Part shown: positions 61,693-64,000 of the stretch, one piece after another
Layout of the letters: every line of letters starts with the position of its first letter
Numbering within the stretch: position 1 is the first letter of the stretch
Position numbers and translations under genes: made by a program
The notes under the pieces: generated by a model
Seen by the model: only the letters and a program-made list of their open reading frames with translations
Databases searched by the model: none
What the model was told of the DNA's origin: nothing
From: Longimicrobiales bacterium
Lineage (GTDB): Bacteria > Gemmatimonadota > Gemmatimonadetes > Longimicrobiales > Gaopeijiaceae
NCBI GenBank assembly: GCA_963664435.2
Contig: CAXXKM010000001.1
Coordinates: 96,001-160,000, forward strand
DNA: 64,000 bases
Direction of reading: 5' to 3'

Positions 61693-61946
61693 GGGGTCCT
61701 CCGGTCGCGGGTTGAGCTGCGGCGCGGAGTCCTCCCTCGCGGGGGATGACTTCCGGCCAGGTTCTGCGGGCCGCGAAAAGTAGGAGCCGCGCGCGGGCGA
61801 TTCAATGTTCGATCCGGTCTCCGTCCCCGGCGAGTTCCGAGCCGGGAACTTCGATGGCATCACGGTGGCGCCCGCGTGATACTATCGCGAGTAGCCGCAT
61901 GATACTACCGGAAACACAGGGCGGGCCCCGTCTCGCTCATGACGCG

Positions 61947-62927
61947 CTAGCGGACCGCCTCCAGCCCCGCCAATGCATGAATGACCGCCACCGCCCCATC
62001 GCCGGTGCGGGCGGGATCGTACCCCCCCTCGAGCAGGGCCACGACCCGGCTTCCCGCGTGTTCGGCCGCCAGTTCCATGACTCGGCCGGTCATCCTGTAG
62101 AAGTCCTCGGGCTCGAGCAGCATTCCACCCAGCGGATCACCGGCCATGGCGTCGAACCCGGACGAGATCAGGAAGAAATCGGGCTCAAAACCGGCCACGA
62201 CCTTCACCAGCGCCTCGTCGAACACCTCGTGCCAGGTCGCCGGGGGCGTAGCCGCGCGCAGCGGAAGGTTGAGCGTGGCGCCGAGGCCGGCACCGCTGCC
62301 CCGCTCGTGGAAGGCGCCGGTCCCCGGGTAGTGGGGCGACTGGTGGAGGGACAGGTAGAAGACCGTCCCGTCCTCGTAGAAGATGTCCTGGGTGCCGTTC
62401 CCGTGATGCACGTCCCAGTCGACGATCAGCACCCGCTCGGCCAGCCCGCGGGCCTGCAGGTGGCGCGCCGCGACGGCCACGTGGTTGAACAGGCAGAAGC
62501 CCATGGCGCGGTCGGCGGTGGCGTGATGGCCGGGCGGCCGGCTGGCCACGAAGGCGGTGGCGGCAGTCCCGGCCGCGACCGCCTCGGCCGCCGTGATCAC
62601 CGCGCCCGCGCTCCCGGTCGCCGCACCCCACGAGGCGGGAGAGACCACCGTGTCCGCATCGAGCCGCACCAGCCCCTCCTCGCGCGAGCGCGCCACCGCC
62701 CGCCGGACGCGTTCCACGTGGTCGGAGGTGTGCACGCGGAGCAGTTCCTCCTCGGTGGCCGGGCGCGCGTCGCGCTGTTCCACCCGGTCGTGGAGGGTGA
62801 GGAGGCTGCGGCCCACCGTGGAGGCCAGGGCGCGCAGGCGGCCCTGGTGTTCGGGATGCCCCCAACCGGTGTCGTGCAGGGGGGCGTCGGGGTGGAGGTA
62901 GAAGGCGGTGGGCGCCCGGCCTGCCAT
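61947..62927 (-). CDS. Histone deacetylase family (Zn-dependent amidohydrolase)
   Basis: HPE, RPPGHHA, GFCLFN, DWDVHHGNGT, GFDA..DPL, LEGGY. Confidence 0.95.
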   Translation of the reverse strand: MAGRAPTAFYLHPDAPLHDTGWGHPEHQGRLRALASTVGRSLLTLHDRVEQRDARPATEEELLRVHTSDHVERVRRAVARSREEGLVRLDADTVVSPASWGAATGSAGAVITAAEAVAAGTAATAFVASRPPGHHATADRAMGFCLFNHVAVAARHLQARGLAERVLIVDWDVHHGNGTQDIFYEDGTVFYLSLHQSPHYPGTGAFHERGSGAGLGATLNLPLRAATPPATWHEVFDEALVKVVAGFEPDFFLISSGFDAMAGDPLGGMLLEPEDFYRMTGRVMELAAEHAGSRVVALLEGGYDPARTGDGAVAVIHALAGLEAVR

Positions 62928-64000
62928 CAGCCGCGCGCGTCCTGACCGGCCGCGACCAGGTCGGCCGGGACGGCGGCCCCCGCCGGCGCCCCGTTGCCGG
63001 GCGGAGCCAGGCGGTCCTGCAGGCTCCTCACCTCGGGCACGCGCGATCTGAGCGCGATCACCGCGTCGCACGCCGCCGTCATCGCCGACATGGTGGTGAG
63101 GTACGGAACGCCGTTGGTGATGGCGGCCCGGCGCATCGTGAAGTCGTCGTACTGCGACTTCTTGCCCAGGGGGGTGTTCACCAGCAGCTGGGCTCGACCG
63201 CTCACGATCATGTCCACGATGTCGGGCCGGCCCTCGTTCACCTTGAAGATGCGCTCCGCGGGGACGCCGAGCCGATTCAGGTACGCGCAGGTGCCCGCGG
63301 TCGCCAGGATGCGGAATCCCAGGTCATGGAAGCGACGCGCGAGCGGCGTCACCGTCGGCTTGTCGGAGTCGTTGACGGTAATGATCAACGTGCCTCCGCC
63401 CTGGGGCAGATGGTTCCCGGCGGAGGTTTGCGCCTTCGCGAAGGCCATCCCGAAGGAGTCGTCGAAGCCCATGACTTCCCCGGTCGAGCGCATCTCGGGC
63501 CCGAGCAGCACATCGACGTCGAAGCGGTTGAAGGGGAACACGGCCTCCTTGACCGCGACGCCGGGAACCGAGGGCTCACCGGGCACGTTCAGGTCCGCGA
63601 GCCGCTCGCCCGCCATCACGCGCGCGGCCAGCCGCGCCAGCGGCACCCCGGTAGCCTTGCCCACGAACGGCACGGTGCGCGAGGCCCGCGGGTTCACCTC
63701 CAGCACATAGACCCGCCCGCCCCGGATGGCGTACTGCACGTTCATGACTCCGACCACGCCCAGCTCGAGGGCGAAGCGGCGGGTGAGCTCGCGTATTTCC
63801 TCGAGCTCGGCGCCCGTCAGCAGATAGGGGGGAAGGACGCAGGCGGAGTCCCCGGAGTGGATGCCGGCTTCCTCGATGTGCTGCATGATGCCGCCGATTA
63901 CGACATCGGTGCCGTCGGACAGCGCATCCACGTCCGCCTCGAAGGCGTCCTCCAGAAAACGGTCGATGAGGACCGGGTGCTCCGGCGCCGCCTCCACCGC
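62927..64000 (-). CDS. carB: Carbamoyl-phosphate synthase large subunit, C-terminal part (5' truncated)
   Basis: HIEEAGIHSGDS, EVNPRASRT, GPEMRSTGEVMG, MGS domain. Confidence 0.97.
   Translation of the reverse strand, partial: AVEAAPEHPVLIDRFLEDAFEADVDALSDGTDVVIGGIMQHIEEAGIHSGDSACVLPPYLLTGAELEEIRELTRRFALELGVVGVMNVQYAIRGGRVYVLEVNPRASRTVPFVGKATGVPLARLAARVMAGERLADLNVPGEPSVPGVAVKEAVFPFNRFDVDVLLGPEMRSTGEVMGFDDSFGMAFAKAQTSAGNHLPQGGGTLIITVNDSDKPTVTPLARRFHDLGFRILATAGTCAYLNRLGVPAERIFKVNEGRPDIVDMIVSGRAQLLVNTPLGKKSQYDDFTMRRAAITNGVPYLTTMSAMTAACDAVIALRSRVPEVRSLQDRLAPPGNGAPAGAAVPADLVAAGQDARG

Overview
GC-rich bacterial chromosome segment. Gene content (many secreted S9/M28/M14/M24 peptidases, TonB-dependent receptors, a carboxypeptidase-regulatory-like repeat protein, ADOP/MacAB-TolC exporters, ECF sigma modules) suggests Gemmatimonadota or a similar lineage; this is inference only. 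Core genes are metH, a yitJ-like fusion, a MetF-like gene, pepP, a thrC-like gene, priA and a partial carB. One intact IS630 sits in a stop codon. I found no rRNA, tRNA, CRISPR array, integrase or phage genes. Most notable: (1) the yitJ MTHFR domain appears to have lost its catalytic residues, while a nearby stand-alone MetF-like gene keeps most of them and sits behind a MerR-like palindrome; (2) a 9.6-kb integrase-less two-component/exporter island is bounded by a 14-bp direct repeat, one copy inside the thrC 3' end, and carries a GAFTDA activator plus two non-canonical sigma54-like promoters; (3) a very AT-rich palindrome is written in synonymous codons next to a DPP-IV active site; (4) an internally deleted NYN gene keeps a two-hairpin leader; (5) a TAGTATCAT-N14-TAGTAYYAY motif recurs 49 kb apart. 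All family calls and alignments were made by eye.
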